A stretch of 49,261 bases of DNA, taken from positions 22,016 through 71,276 of the forward strand of contig CALSCP010001513.1 of the NCBI GenBank assembly GCA_943704425.1, written 5' to 3'. Position 1 is the first letter of the stretch. Every line of letters begins with the position of its first letter. The position numbers were made by a program, and so were the translations under genes. Source of the DNA: Ministeria vibrans ATCC 50519. Lineage: Eukaryota; Protista; Filasterea. Below are positions 35,101 through 49,261 of this stretch, one piece after another. The notes beneath the pieces are model-generated. The model was not told the origin of the DNA. It ran no database searches and was given only the letters and a program-made list of their open reading frames with translations.

Positions 35101-38100
35101 ATGGGATCGCATCAAGGCGGGCACACCATCGATGACCAGACGATGCTTGCCGGCATCCATGAAGTAGACACCCCACCTCCTTTTCCCTCCGCTCTCACCG
35201 CACGCTCCCCTCCCTTCCTCCTCCCCCTGCTGCTGCTGCTGCTCCGCGTCTACCCCCCTCCTCACCGTCCCATTGTCTCTTGCAGCAAGTCGACATCCTG
35301 TATTCGTCGGCAAGCACGCCGGCAGACATCCTGCAGGCCAACGAGTGGCTTGCGCGCTTCCAAACCAACCCTGCCATGTGGAACTTGTTTGAACTGACCA
35401 TCAGCGTGAACCAGCGGTCCGAAGTGCGCTTCTTTGGCGCCAATGCCGCTTTGAGTTTGGTCAAAAACAATTGGGAGGGCATTTCGGCGAACCATCAGAT
35501 GCAGTTTAGTATGGCTCTCGTGCGCGAAGCCGTCAACGACGCCGACCTGCGCGGTCGCAATGGGCAGTTTGTGGCGGCGCTCTTTGTAAAGCTCATCCAG
35601 GCGGTGACTGTCTGCGCCATTCACCTGCACGACCGCTGGCCCGACCCCCTCGCTCACTTGTGCTATCAATTCATCATGAACGACAGCCCAGACGAGAACA
35701 TCCCCCTTGTCTTTCGCAAACACGCCCTCTTGACCATGGTGCGCGTCGTGAGCGAAGAGGCGTCGTCGAGTCTACTCGCCAGAAATCGCGTGCAGTCTCT
35801 GCGCGATCGTCTGCGTCTCTCCTCCGACACCTACGTTGTCTCGACCATCGCCGATGTTCTCACCAGTCCAACGTGTCCGCCCGAGACCACCTGTGAGGCA
35901 CTCCGTTGCCTCGTCGAGTGGTCCACCAACGAACTTGTCTCCTGCACGTCCGTCTGGCAGCGCATCGGACCAGCTGTGTTTGACCATCTCGTTGCGGCGG
36001 CTCTCCACTCCGACGACTGCACCTTTGACGAGGACAACACCACCGTGTTTCACAATGCGGCTACGGCCCTCGAAAGTCTCCTGGAAAACGGTGCACTTGA
36101 AAAGGAGGTTGAACTGTGCTGGCGCAAGGTCATTCCACGCCTCCTCTCGCTCCAGCAACTTGCCGCCGACGCACTCAGTGCAGATCACAAGATCCGCCTG
36201 GCCCTCTACAGCCGTGCTGTGTCTGCCTTCTGCTCGACATGCCCTGCAATGCTCTTGCGTGTCCCCGAAGCGCAGTGCGAGCAGCGTGAACAGGCACTGA
36301 TTCTGCTGCGTTTCCTTGAACACCTTGCAATCCTTCCTGGGGACTTTGGCACGCACGATGAGGCGCGCGAGAGCTGCTCGGACCACGCTCTCAACGCCTG
36401 GACCGACGTGTGTGCGCAGCGCGAACACATTCTCAACGTGGCCGACACCGAGGCGGCCGGGGCGCTTGCTGCCGCCGCTCTGCCCTTTTTTGACGACGTC
36501 TTTCTGTCCATGGCGCGTGGCGTCATCCGCAAGCTCCAGCTTCCTCTCCCCATTTTTAGTTCGTTGCCCGTTGGCTCTGCCATTGGCCCCAACACCCTGC
36601 CGGCGACGGCGAGCGTAGTCGACGACGATGTCGTCAAGGAGTCGGCAGCGTACCGTGAGCGTGCCGTCGACACTCTGCTGTGCTTGGCCAACAGTGACTT
36701 CAGCGAACACACGTTCAACATTGTGTGTCGCGAGGCGCTCGTCGCGGCTCTCGAAGCTTCGGATGCGCGCACCGTCGAGGCGTGCCTGTATGTGCTGCAG
36801 TCTCTCAGCGACAACGTTGTCACTCAAACGCAGTCGGCCAATGTTGAGATGGCCCTCTCGTTGCTCACCCAGGCCATTGCGCTGCACCCGCGCGTCCACT
36901 TTCGTGCCCTTCACCTCATCGGCGCTCTTGCCCAATTCCTCGCCAACAACAACCGCTACGTGCGCCCGTCCATCGAACTGGCCCTGGCCAGTATGAGTGA
37001 TCATCCAGGTGCTGCGTCGTACGCCTTGCGAATGGTCCTCGAGGAGAACAGCGAGTGGATCAGTTCTGATGTGTCCATCGCGACGTCCCTTATCGAAACG
37101 GTCAGCGACAACTTGCTTGCCGTTGATGTGCAGGACGCCAAACGGCTCACCCTCGGCGTAGCTAGTCTTATCTCGGTTCTGCCCGATCCAACCGCACGCG
37201 TTGCTGCCCTCCAACGCCTGTGTCGTCAACCTCTCGAGCGACTCGCCGAAGTGCACGCACAGCTGAGTAGTGGTGAAGGGACGCTTGCAAAGGAAATGGA
37301 CAGCGCGTGTGCCGACATGCTGCGTCTGTTGATTGCGGCGGTGCTCAAGTCGTCAATGGGGATGGAAGTGGCTGCGGGCACAGTTCATCCGGCCGTGGCC
37401 GTCCTTGGCGACGCCTGGCCCCTCCTCAGTGCTCTCTTTGCGTCCCCCATTGGAGGCAGTGCGGAGTCGGGCCGTCTCGCGTGGGATCTTATTATGACGT
37501 TTATCCGCACGACCGGACGCCACATGCGCGACTTTGTCAGTGCAATTGTGTCTGCGGTGATTGGCACACGACGTACATATGGACATGCGAGCACGGCAGT
37601 TGCAGCGGGCGTGCTCATTGGCGAGTACGGGGCGCACCCTGAGATGGCACAGACGGTTGTTGAGCTGCTTGAGCACGTTGCACTGCCCTTCCTGCTGGCG
37701 CCGGCCGACTGGCCTCTGCGCCCCGACCTTGCAACCAACACTCTCAACATGGTCGTCAAGGCACTCAAGCACACCCCACATGTGCTGCTGGGTCTTTCGC
37801 ACGTGCTCAACCCGCTCCTCGAGTGCGTCACCCACTTGTGCCTTGCGCCCGAGCACCCCACTGCACGTGCCGCCTGCCATGTTATTCAGAACCTGTGCCA
37901 ACTGTCGCCCTCGCACCCAGCTGCCGCGCAGGCGCTGCAGCAGTGCGGCGCCATGTGGTCGCGTCAGCTGCTGGCGGGCATCGGAGGGCACTCTGCGCGC
38001 GACCTGTTTCCCAATATGACCGATGCACTGCTCGCAATGGGCACGGCCGCCGGCCTCGACACGTCCGTCGCCTGGTGTGCCGACGCCCTTGCCACGCCGG

Positions 38101-38231
38101 GTTTCCCGCGCCCCGGTGTCTCCGACGATGACAAACAGGCCGTTCTTGATGCCATGCGCCACTCAGGGCACCGCAAAAACATGTACAAGAGCGGGCTGCA
38201 GCTGCTCACCGAGTCCAGTCGCCATGTATAG
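35101..38231 (+). CDS. Importin-13/transportin-3 family karyopherin; short first exon 35101-35163
   Basis: QANEWLARFQ..AW-like IBN_N, EVRFFGA and a HEAT-like helical body, about 1000 aa. Confidence 0.82.
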
Positions 38232-38374
38232 TCTCCCTTTTGTTTCTTTCACTTTGTTTCTTTCCCCCTCTCTTTTGCTTTTCTCTTTTGTTTTGTTCAT
38301 TTTTACATTGCAAACACACACACACACAATTAATATGGATAAGGAGAGCAAGGGAGAAGTGAGATCAGAGTTAT

Positions 38375-39804
<1,430 letters not shown>

Positions 39805-39982
39805 CGTTCAATCAAATACACACACACAGGATATAGCAGTCGATAAGTAAAATAACCAGTCAAGGCTGAAGAAACGCGTTTGATCTGACTCATTTGGCAT
39901 TTGCGTTGCGATCAAGCAATTCTGTGTCGCGTGCAAATTGCAAAAAAAAATCAAATCATTTTTGACAGCCGCACACGCCGCC

Positions 39983-42900
39983 ATGTCGACCTCTGTGGCA
40001 CGGCTGGTGATGCGGTTACGTCGTGCGCGCAGCCCGAGCACGATTGCTGCGGCACTGCCGGCAGACCTGACGAAAACATCATCAGAGCGACTCGTCAACG
40101 AGCTTCTGTCCGTGCCCCTCGTACAGGCCCGCCCGCACCCCTACACGGCGGTGTATCTTGGTGATGCTCTTGTCTCGAGGCATGGGGCGACCGAGAGCGC
40201 CTTCAAGTGCTACCTGTACGCCGCGCCAAACGACCGGATTGCCCCGATTGTCAAGCAGCTTTCATCCGTGCCTGCGTCCGCCTTCGCTGCCACCGACCCC
40301 ATCAACGACGTTCTCAAGCGTGTGCAGACGGACGAGGAGGCTTTGGTGGCGCTGAGACGCCTCGACCCGAAGAATTCGAGCGACCTCATTCAGAAGTATG
40401 TACTGGACAAGACGAGCAACATTGGTGGCATTGTCGACCGAGCGCTGCAGGCGACGTCGTCGGCAAGCCTCGAGCGGGTTGCCGAAGATCCCCACAACCT
40501 TGTGCAGTCATTGTCTTCTTCGGCAACCTCGCTGCCCACACACGACCAGGTGGACATGGTCACGCAGCTGCTGACTCTTGGCAACGACGCAGCCGCCCTG
40601 GTGCCCGCTCTGCAAGCGCCCTGGAGCAATCCAATGGCCATCGAGCTGCTGCATCGCGCCACTAAAAACATTTCCACAACAAAGGACAATGGCATTATCA
40701 TGAGCTGGGCCGTGCCTCTGTCGCTCCTCAAGCAGGGCATCCCCTGGTCAATGCAGGTCGTCAACGCCGCGGCCAAGTGGGACTTGGCGTACGCCCAAGA
40801 GTGCCGCAGAATGGACGTGGCGCCAACGCGTTTGTTGGAGTCGGCACTCTTTCAAGGCTTGAGCCTCACTCCAAATCTGGCGGCGTTGTCCCTGGCACCC
40901 TTTGTGCTTCCGCTGTCCAAAGATGTGCCCGCCAGCGCCCAGTTCGACTCCACCTTCAAGCGCAGCGTCGTGCAGCCGGGAGACATTTTCAAACACTTCC
41001 TGCAGTCGCGCGTGTCGCTCAACGCGCCCGTCTCCTACCCCGACTACTTTCAGTACCTTTTGCACGCCACCTCTGTCATGGCCCTGTGCGATCGCCTGAT
41101 CCCATCCCAAAAAACCGCCCTGCAGTACCGTCTCAACAAGTTTGCCGTTTTGGGCGCTGCCAACGATGTCTCAGCGCTCAACGACGAGCTCGCCGACGCT
41201 CTGGCCAGCTCACGCCTACAATACCGTCCAAAAATCTACGAGGCGTTCTTTTCAGCACTGGCCAACCATTCCATTCCTTTTGCACTCCTTGACGCCATGC
41301 CTCACATTGTCAACTACGGCGCCGCATGCGACGAAGTGGGGGTGCCCGTTGCCGCAACTGCCGTCACCGACATTTTTCTCAGTGCTTGCTCCATGACCAA
41401 CATCACAGGGAAGAACCTGCCCACACCATACCGCATGCACATACAAAGGGATCACTCGCTTGAGAGGCGGAACCTCGCGACCAAGGCGGGGCGCAAGGAG
41501 GCCTTTGAGGATGCGCTGCTCAACTGCTTGCAGCTTGTCGACGGGCTCAAAAAACTGCGCAACATTACACACGAGACGCACCCTGCTATGTTGCGCACCG
41601 CCTTTGCTGCTTGCGTTCCGTCCTTTCTCGCTTTGCACAATCTCGTCGACACTGTCGTCGAGAATTCGCAGCTTTCATCCCTCGACAACCCGTCTCTTCT
41701 CGTCGTCATGTACTTTGCGCGTGGCAAGCCCTACCGATTCGACGGTCTCCTTGACAAGTGTCTTGACATTTTTATCAAGCGCGAGGTCTCGCTACCGTGG
41801 CTCCGCGGTGCGCGCTTGCAGTGTGCTATGCGTGCCGTGATCCGACACGACTACGAAGCGGCCATCAACTACATTAATGGGGACGAAGATATCGCCGTTG
41901 AAGTGGTGCGTCTGATCCAGTACAAGAACCCCTGGAACATCCTCAAGAAGACGCGCTATTTAGAGCAATTCAGTAAGGCGATTGACATGCCGATTGTGTA
42001 CGAGCGGGCGGTGCGTCGTTTGGCACTGCGTCTAGGGCGGCATCCCAAGACGACGCTGCCTTTGCTTGCGCGTGTGGCCCCTGAGCGCATGGAAGACAGT
42101 CTTCTCATGGTCGCCTTCTCCGCGTACACCCACCCGCAGCCCGGTCGTCCGCGCTCCGAGTCGCTCAAGAATCGCGATGAGCGAGTCACATCGGCCCTCC
42201 AGATGGTGGTGGAGTTTGCAACTGAGCGCGCGCGTGTAGGCGTGCCCCTCTCCGTCAACCGCATCAAGGTGGAGGCACTGCGCACGTTGACGCACGCTGG
42301 GTCTCTGAGGTATGCTGAAACGCTGCTCAATGAGCTGTTGGCAGACGGTTTCTTTGACGAGCCGGACCGCGTACACGAGCGCGTGGCCTACAGCGTCGCA
42401 CACCTGATGATTCGTATGAGGCAGTCTCAAAGGACCGGGGAAAACAACGAGGATTGGTCGCTGGTCAGGTCGGCCGGAATTCTTCACGCGCTGCGCGTGC
42501 TCCCGATTGCCCAGCGCCGCCTTTTAGAATACGCTACCGAAGAAGGCTGTGTGCGCGGCGCTACGCAGCTGCTGCACCACACTCTGGGTGTGCGCACCCC
42601 CGAGGTTGCTCGCTCCATGGCCTTGTACAATGTCCCCGCAGCCCTGACCATTGATCCGACGGGTGCCTTCCTGCTTGATAATCCCCGACTATGGCAAGAT
42701 CTCGATTGCGATGACTACCCCAACTTTCTTGAGGCACAACCGAGCGAGCTCATTGCCGCTCGCAGTCAGTGCCTCGCCCAGATTGCGTGGAAAGTCGGCC
42801 TGACGGATGTGATTGGGACGTGCCTGGCGCACGAAGTACCCATTCCCCTGCCCGTCAAGGTTGAAATGGTCAGGCAGGTGCCAATTGAGGAGGATATTTC

Positions 42901-43789
42901 CGAATTTGTTGCCATCCTGGCACACGACGAGACAGACGAGGAAGCGCGCCAGAAGATCTTTGAGGCTGGTGCCGTCTCTCTACTGACTCTAGATTGCAGT
43001 CGCGAGACGGTCTTATCGGCGTCTGTTCTGTTGAGCTTGTGCACGACGCACGAGAGGAGCCCCGAGACACTTGCACTGTTTGCCTCGCGATGCGAGAGCC
43101 TGCTCAGCCAGCCGCGTCTTGAGGACGACACTAGCGAAGAAGACGCGGTCCTCGCCCTGTCGCCGTATTTGTGGCAGTCGCACGACACCGTCCCTGCAAT
43201 TTGGGCGCTGGTCGAGCGACAAGTGGAGCCACGGCTCCCCGAGGTGACTGCGACGACTGAGCCACGCACGCGTGCCATGCTCGCCTTTGCAAGGCAGGAT
43301 ATGACCCAACTGGCCGCAGACCCGGAAGCGCTGGCCTCCCTTGAGCACATTGATCCCCGCATGACGCTGCTTGCGACCATTCGTGCTGTGAAGTCGCGTC
43401 GCGCAGATGCTCTGGCCGTCGCCAAGCACGTCATTCGCGTGCCTGTTCCCAGCGACTTGGACGAAATGCGCGCAGAGTTGGTGCTGGCTGTCGAGACGCC
43501 TGACGAGCTTAGGTCGCTGCTGGCTGAGATGCCACTCGACGCGGGTGAACGGACCCTCCTGGCGTTTCTGGAGTGCTCCCCGAGCCTGGCACTGCCGGTT
43601 CTTGAACAAGCGTCGCTCGACAACCTTATTCTCCCACAGGTCATTTTCACCCACATTGCCGACGACCTCCTCCGCAACCCTACCACGCATCCCAGCAGCG
43701 TCATCCGTCTTCTGCGCACCACGCCCTACGAACACCGCGTCCACCCCTCCTTTGCCTCCGTCTGGGCCCGACTCGCTGGATTCACTTAA
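39983..43789 (+). CDS. Large intronless helical protein (about 1268 aa) with mitochondrial presequence-like N-terminus
   Basis: 3.8-kb open frame with coding-like composition. N-terminus MSTSVARLVMRLRRARS is R/S-rich with no acidic residues. No recognisable motif. Confidence 0.8.
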   Translation: MSTSVARLVMRLRRARSPSTIAAALPADLTKTSSERLVNELLSVPLVQARPHPYTAVYLGDALVSRHGATESAFKCYLYAAPNDRIAPIVKQLSSVPASAFAATDPINDVLKRVQTDEEALVALRRLDPKNSSDLIQKYVLDKTSNIGGIVDRALQATSSASLERVAEDPHNLVQSLSSSATSLPTHDQVDMVTQLLTLGNDAAALVPALQAPWSNPMAIELLHRATKNISTTKDNGIIMSWAVPLSLLKQGIPWSMQVVNAAAKWDLAYAQECRRMDVAPTRLLESALFQGLSLTPNLAALSLAPFVLPLSKDVPASAQFDSTFKRSVVQPGDIFKHFLQSRVSLNAPVSYPDYFQYLLHATSVMALCDRLIPSQKTALQYRLNKFAVLGAANDVSALNDELADALASSRLQYRPKIYEAFFSALANHSIPFALLDAMPHIVNYGAACDEVGVPVAATAVTDIFLSACSMTNITGKNLPTPYRMHIQRDHSLERRNLATKAGRKEAFEDALLNCLQLVDGLKKLRNITHETHPAMLRTAFAACVPSFLALHNLVDTVVENSQLSSLDNPSLLVVMYFARGKPYRFDGLLDKCLDIFIKREVSLPWLRGARLQCAMRAVIRHDYEAAINYINGDEDIAVEVVRLIQYKNPWNILKKTRYLEQFSKAIDMPIVYERAVRRLALRLGRHPKTTLPLLARVAPERMEDSLLMVAFSAYTHPQPGRPRSESLKNRDERVTSALQMVVEFATERARVGVPLSVNRIKVEALRTLTHAGSLRYAETLLNELLADGFFDEPDRVHERVAYSVAHLMIRMRQSQRTGENNEDWSLVRSAGILHALRVLPIAQRRLLEYATEEGCVRGATQLLHHTLGVRTPEVARSMALYNVPAALTIDPTGAFLLDNPRLWQDLDCDDYPNFLEAQPSELIAARSQCLAQIAWKVGLTDVIGTCLAHEVPIPLPVKVEMVRQVPIEEDISEFVAILAHDETDEEARQKIFEAGAVSLLTLDCSRETVLSASVLLSLCTTHERSPETLALFASRCESLLSQPRLEDDTSEEDAVLALSPYLWQSHDTVPAIWALVERQVEPRLPEVTATTEPRTRAMLAFARQDMTQLAADPEALASLEHIDPRMTLLATIRAVKSRRADALAVAKHVIRVPVPSDLDEMRAELVLAVETPDELRSLLAEMPLDAGERTLLAFLECSPSLALPVLEQASLDNLILPQVIFTHIADDLLRNPTTHPSSVIRLLRTTPYEHRVHPSFASVWARLAGFT

Positions 43790-43957
43790 TGTGCATAATC
43801 AGACATGGAGAGCGACAGAGAGATGGAGAGAGACCGAGAGAGACAGAGAGACAGAGAGACAGAGTCACAGAGAAGAGAACTCGCCAACAATACTCGTGTA
43901 TATAAGAATAATTTTTACTACAATTTAACTGTACGTGTGTGTGGTGTGTGTGGGTAG

Positions 43958-45259
43958 TCAGTACCAGTCGAGAAAGAGGAGAATGAAGGAAGCCATGACG
44001 AGAAAGACTAGAATCCACACGCGCATTTCAGCACTGTTCTTCAGGGCCTATGAAAACGGCAGAGACCCCTCACAGTGTCACGAGGGAGAGAGACGTCAAT
44101 TGAGTACATACCTTTTGAAGTTGTTGGTTTCCCTGGAAAACATTCTCTGTTGCTTCGACCATAGTCTGCTGCACTGTTTCGATGTCATTGGCCTGCTCCA
44201 CAATGTGCTGTGTAAACGTTTGCTGCAGACGCGCAATCTCAACCATCTGTGCACAGACAATTGAAAACGAATGAATGAGCGCATTCGTCAATCTCATACG
44301 CATACACACGCACCTGTGATTCGATAGACCGCACATGTTCAAGCTTTGAATCGAGTGCGTTGAATAGCGTTTCGTTCTCCATCGCGAGCATTTGGCGCTC
44401 GTCCGCCGTCAGTCCGTCGTCCTCCTCACCTTCTTGCGCTGCGACCACGACAGTCTCCACTTTGCTGGGGCCCTTCTGCTTCTTCTCGTCTGTCTCTTGT
44501 CTTAGAAGGTTCTCTGCGTTCCTCACAAGATCCCGCTGTTCCATGGCCTTCTCAACACGCACCGCTCTCTGTCGCAACATACAATCCAGCGATGACAGAC
44601 TTTGAAAAGATGACAATGGTGATGTTCAAGATGAATTGGAACATACCTGTTCCGCATAGATAAGTCCCACTCGATTCAGGGATTCCCTGAGTAGTGCAAT
44701 CACACTTCGTTTGTGTTCCGCCTCTTGTCCCTGTTCTGTCGTGGCTAACATTGACCAAGAAACAAGGAGACGCAGAGTCAGAAGCGAGTTGATCGTCACC
44801 TGTTAAACGGCGCGTACCTAACGAGTTTGAGAGCGCCGTGATGGACTCGGTGGCTGCTGTGACACACTTGCTCACTTCCAAATCAATGCTGTCCCTCTCT
44901 TCGTCGCTCATTTCCGACCGTTGTGACGATATGTGCCTGCAAACGCAACGGGTGAGTGGCGCCTCTGTTGCCGTCCTCCCTTACCAGTGTGCGTCGATAT
45001 AGTCCTTTCTGTGTCTCGCCAGAAACTCGCGCAGCTGCACCACGCTCTGGGCGATCTCACGCGCACGAACAGTGAACGGTGAGAGAGGCTTGGACCGTGG
45101 CAGGATGTCCTGCACCAAAGCCAACACGACGCTGTCACTTGTGCCCAGCAGCCACGGTGCCCTTTGACGTACCTGCCCCGCCGCGGAGGATTGTCCTTTG
45201 CGCTGCCTTACGCCTCTAGCAACCGATCTAAAGTCACTAAGGAGATCCTGAGCGACCAT
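43958..45259 (-). CDS. STX18: Syntaxin-18/Ufe1
   Basis: DLLSDFR, FL..HRKDYI, MSDEERDSID, SNARE helix (EIARLQQTF..Q) and TM tail RVWILVFLVMASFILLFLDWY. Confidence 0.92.
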
Positions 45260-45532
45260 TGTTGAAACGATAAAAGTGAATAGAATAGGAAAATAAATAG
45301 AGAATCGGGAGCTGTACTCAATGTCAAAACAAAACTACATACAAAACAAAGAGCAGCACAATACTTCCGCCGTAGACTCCCAGACAAGAATGTCCCGAAA
45401 GAAGCCCATAAACCCACTGATACACCCATAGAATAATTATTTATATTGAGTTCCTGACTCTTCCTTCGCTCACCAAGTTCACTCCAAACATAAATAACTA
45501 TTTTTTGATCTACGTTTCTTTGTCGCTGTGTC

Positions 45533-48500
45533 ATGAGAAGTGTCGTAACCACCGCATTGGCGTTGCTTCTGGTGACGCTGGGGGGCGTGCGAGGCATGTG
45601 TGACTCGTCGCCGTGTGCAAACGGAGCGACATGTCAGCCCGTGACCAACGCGACGTTCGCCTGTGCTTGTCCCTCCTTGTTTACCGGAGTCGTGTGCGAC
45701 ACGCCTGTGCCAGACGTGTGCAGCTCGTCGCCGTGTGCGAGTGCGGCGACGTGTGTCTTCGACGGCGTTGCGTCGTTCGTCTGCGAATGTGCTGAGCATT
45801 TCACTGGCGCCGACTGCCAAACCGTCGTGGACGCTTGCGAGAGCAGCCCCTGCGTCCACGGTGCGTGCAACTCCGGCTTTGGCAGCTATTCGTGCACGTG
45901 CCACTCGGGCTGGTAAGGCTTTTCGGTGTGGCTGTGTCGGAATTTTACGAAATTCCAAAATGACGTGGAGTTTGCAGCAAAGCTCTCTCTGCTGTTCTTC
46001 CAACGCCCGCTGTTGTCTCAGCGCTATTCCCTACATTGGTGGTGTGTGTGTGCGTGTGAATGAAAGCAGAGGGGCGGGGTGGCGTTGGGTTTTGAGTTGT
46101 GGGGTTGTGGTACTTTTATTCACAAGAATGTGTTGAATTCGCTGTATGAAAACGTGATGCAAGCGGTGTTTGTGTCTCTATTTTGTTGGGTCGGTGTCGT
46201 TGTGGTAAGCTGGTTCATGGGGGGGGGAGGTTGCTGTTGTTTTTGTTCTTGAGCTGAAGACAGTTGTGGTCTCTTATCTTAATAAGGTTGATATGAAAGT
46301 TCTTCCTTTGAAATATTCAATAGTATATATTACCATGGTTTTTCTTTTTTGAGTTTGGTGTGTACACCAACATACAACTACAACTTATCGCATGTTTCTT
46401 GTTTTGATTGCGCGTGTTGCAGGAAAGGACCAAATTGCCAAGTTGACGTCTACGAGTGTGGTTCGCTCCCTTGTGTGAATGGGGGAACCTGTACCGACTT
46501 GGTCAACGGGTTTGAATGCACCTGCGTCTTTGGGTGGGCGGGCACCTTTTGTTCGTTGACTCCCGAGGGAGCGCTGGCAGAGATTTTTGCATTTCCCTCG
46601 CGTGACCCCACCGAGGCCGCTCGCGATCTTTTCAGTGCTTTTCTACCGCCGTTCACACCCACAAGGATACACCAAGCGGCCACTGAGCTGGCGCGCATCA
46701 TGGCTTTGCCAACGTATTGCTCGAGTCTTGCAGCCCAGGTAAAAAAAATCATATAAAATAATTATTATAATATTATTGTTCTTATTATTATTATTATTAT
46801 TTTTTTATTATTATTATTTAAATTTTTTAATGTATGTTGTTAGCAATATGTTGAGACGCTCCTTTCAACGCTCTTGGCTCCCGAATTGCGAACTAATGCT
46901 ACTATTCGTGAGCACCAATTCACAAGAACAGATGCTCAGACTCTTTCGGGGCTGCTCACTGCCTTTACACTTCGTTGCAAAGGTAAAAGGAAAAAATATA
47001 CGTATACGTCTTGGTTCTGTGTTCTTTTCTTTGTTTTGCTCTGCGACAATAAATTAATAATAATAACCATTATTGTCATTATTATTATAAGACGTATTAT
47101 TATTATTAGTATCTTTACGTTTGTGTCTTCAACGTGTTGCTCTGCAACAAAAAAAATAACTCTTTGTGTTTGTTTTTCTTGACAACTTAGATGTGTGTAA
47201 CGTCCAGACGACTACGGGTGTTGGGTCGATCCCTGTGGAGTCGGTGGGATACCTGTCGCTGTCGAATCGGTCGCTTGTAATTGAGGAAGGGCAGTTTCGA
47301 CTGCCCGAGCGCATTGACACACTCTTGCCTGGCTCCAAGGCTTGCTACTTTATGAGTATGTCGCTGCTTTGCGTCAATACGTCTATTCTTGAGGACAACG
47401 ATGCAAACACGGCTGTGCTGGGATGTCCAGTGGGCGGCGCAGTCGAGGGAGTCACGGGTCCCTTTGATGTCAATGACCAGGCTACCTTCCACATTCCTCT
47501 CTACGCCAACGTGGACATTTCAAACTACACCCATGTGGCATGCGTCTACTTTAAAGAGTCTTCTGCTACCTGGGACACTAGTGGCTGCTCTTTGGTCGAG
47601 CTTGATGCTCAGCAAGCCGTTTGCCAGTGCACTCATTTGAGCTACGTGACACTCATTGGTTACACGGCGGTGGCTGCCCCGATTGTCACGCCGATCGACG
47701 CCTACACCTACGTGGGCGCCATCATCGTGTTCTTTGCATGCCTCATTGTTCTTCTTATGTAAGGAACAACAACAATAACAACCAAAAAATTTATAATAAT
47801 CATAATAATCATAATAATCATAATAATAATAATAACAAAAATAATAATAACAAAAATAATAATAACAAAAATAATAATAATAACAAAAAATATAATAATA
47901 ATAACAAATAAAATAAAATAATAATCATAATAATAATAATAATCATAATAATAATACGTTGCTTTTTCTCTACAGATATTGCTTGGTGCCTGCGCTGCGC
48001 ATCAAGGAGAATATGTTCCTGAGCGCTCTTTCCTTCTCTTTGGGCATTGCAGAAATTATCTTTGTGGCAAGTGCGGCAATTGTGTCGCCAAGTCTCTCAC
48101 GTGACGAATGCTTCGTTGCCGGCTTCTTTTTGTACCTTTTCTTCTTGGTCGTTCTCTTTTCACTCTGCGTTCAGTGGGCCTATATGAAAGCGGCCATTGT
48201 TGACAAGGTCAAGCACCGCAACTTGCGCTTCAAAGAGGTAATTATAAGAATACTAATTTTCCCTCGTTAATTAATATGCATAATAATAATAAGATTTTAA
48301 TGAGTTAATTTTCTTTTGTAGTACTTGTGTCACTGCATTTTCTGGCCCATCTTTTTTACGGCCTTTCTGGTGGGAGTTGTGGCAGGAGCAAGCAGTTGGG
48401 ATCCATACGTTGCGTTTGGGCTCACCCACTCGACTGTGTGCTTCGTTCCCAATTCGCTTGCACGCGCCCTTGCCGTGTACACACCTCTTGGATTTGCTCT

Positions 48501-49031
48501 CGCTTACGTCATTCTTCAGTTTTACGCCTGCTATAAGGCAGAGGACATCATGGCGTTTGGTAATGACGATTCTAAAACACATCAATACTACTGCAAAAAC
48601 TTCCGTCCTCTATAAACTTTGATTTTTCAATGACGTGTGATTGTTTCTACATAGCTGTGAACCGCCGACCTGAAATAATGACGGCGAAACAAAAGTGGGC
48701 TGTCAGTCAGTCGGTTGAGTCCCTCAACAACCGGTATGGTGACGAGGACACCAATCGCCGGTGGACCAAGCGCGTGGGGTGGCTCACCTTCTTCATCGCT
48801 CTTGCCATTGCTTCGACCTTTGTTCTCGTTCCCAATACGCAAGTGTGGTCACGGATTCTCTATATTGTCACCCACGTTCTCCTTGCCATTGCTCTTCTCT
48901 ACACCCTTGTTTTGGGTAATCCGGTAGTCACACAAGCTCTGCATGACAGTTGGGAGAGACGATGCGAACGCAGGAAACAACGGAAACACGCTACCGTTGT
49001 TTCTCAGTTGTCACTCGAACCGCTCACTCAG
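45533..49031 (+). CDS. Adhesion-GPCR-like receptor: signal peptide, 4 EGF repeats, GAIN/GPS, 7TM; continues past the window
   Basis: Signal peptide; CDSSPCANGATC-type EGF repeats; GPS CVYF...WDTSGC...CQCTHLS; seven hydrophobic helices. Confidence 0.9.
47762..47955. repeat. (AAT/AAC)n low-complexity intron
   Basis: Read directly from the sequence. Confidence 0.9.
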
Positions 49032-49099
49032 GTAAGAAAGATAATTAGAGAGCAAGGAAGAGAAATAGAGTAGAAAAATAATGTTAATACTAATCAAAA

Positions 49100-49260
<161 letters not shown>

Positions 49261-49261
49261 A

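Noticed and set aside
35772-37256. 494-aa antisense ORF, and similar long antisense ORFs at 42766-43722 and 19581-20495
   Set aside because: Shadow frames of long GC-rich coding exons, with no motifs of their own.

Overview
This is a very gene-dense eukaryotic window with short introns, mostly GT-AG. It most likely comes from a flagellated unicellular holozoan-like protist, inferred from CFAP45, a myosin-XV-type FERM tail, AGTRAP, a TMCC-like gene and an EGF-GPS-7TM receptor. About 25 genes can be rebuilt by hand-splicing, in order: Beclin-1, a NAL/DHDPS-family aldolase, HPRT, a sugar-lactonase-type amidohydrolase, an orphan secreted protein, an in-frame OGDH-N-terminus/myosin-XV-FERM chimera, AGTRAP, a P13-like GT8, TMCC-like, a lipidation-motif HNH-like protein, WDR83, CFAP45, a dynamin/EHD-like GTPase, DPM3, a C2-AGC kinase, MED8, PKA-R, DAD1, a small MG..CC ORF, AMFR, IPO13-like, PSPH, a 1268-aa orphan, STX18 and an adhesion GPCR. 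Most of these genes sit in head-to-head pairs with ATGs 53-273 nt apart. A dispersed (TATCACTTTGTTTCTC)n/(GA)n minisatellite recurs in many introns. Family assignments come from recalled motifs, not database searches, and exon boundaries are manual predictions.
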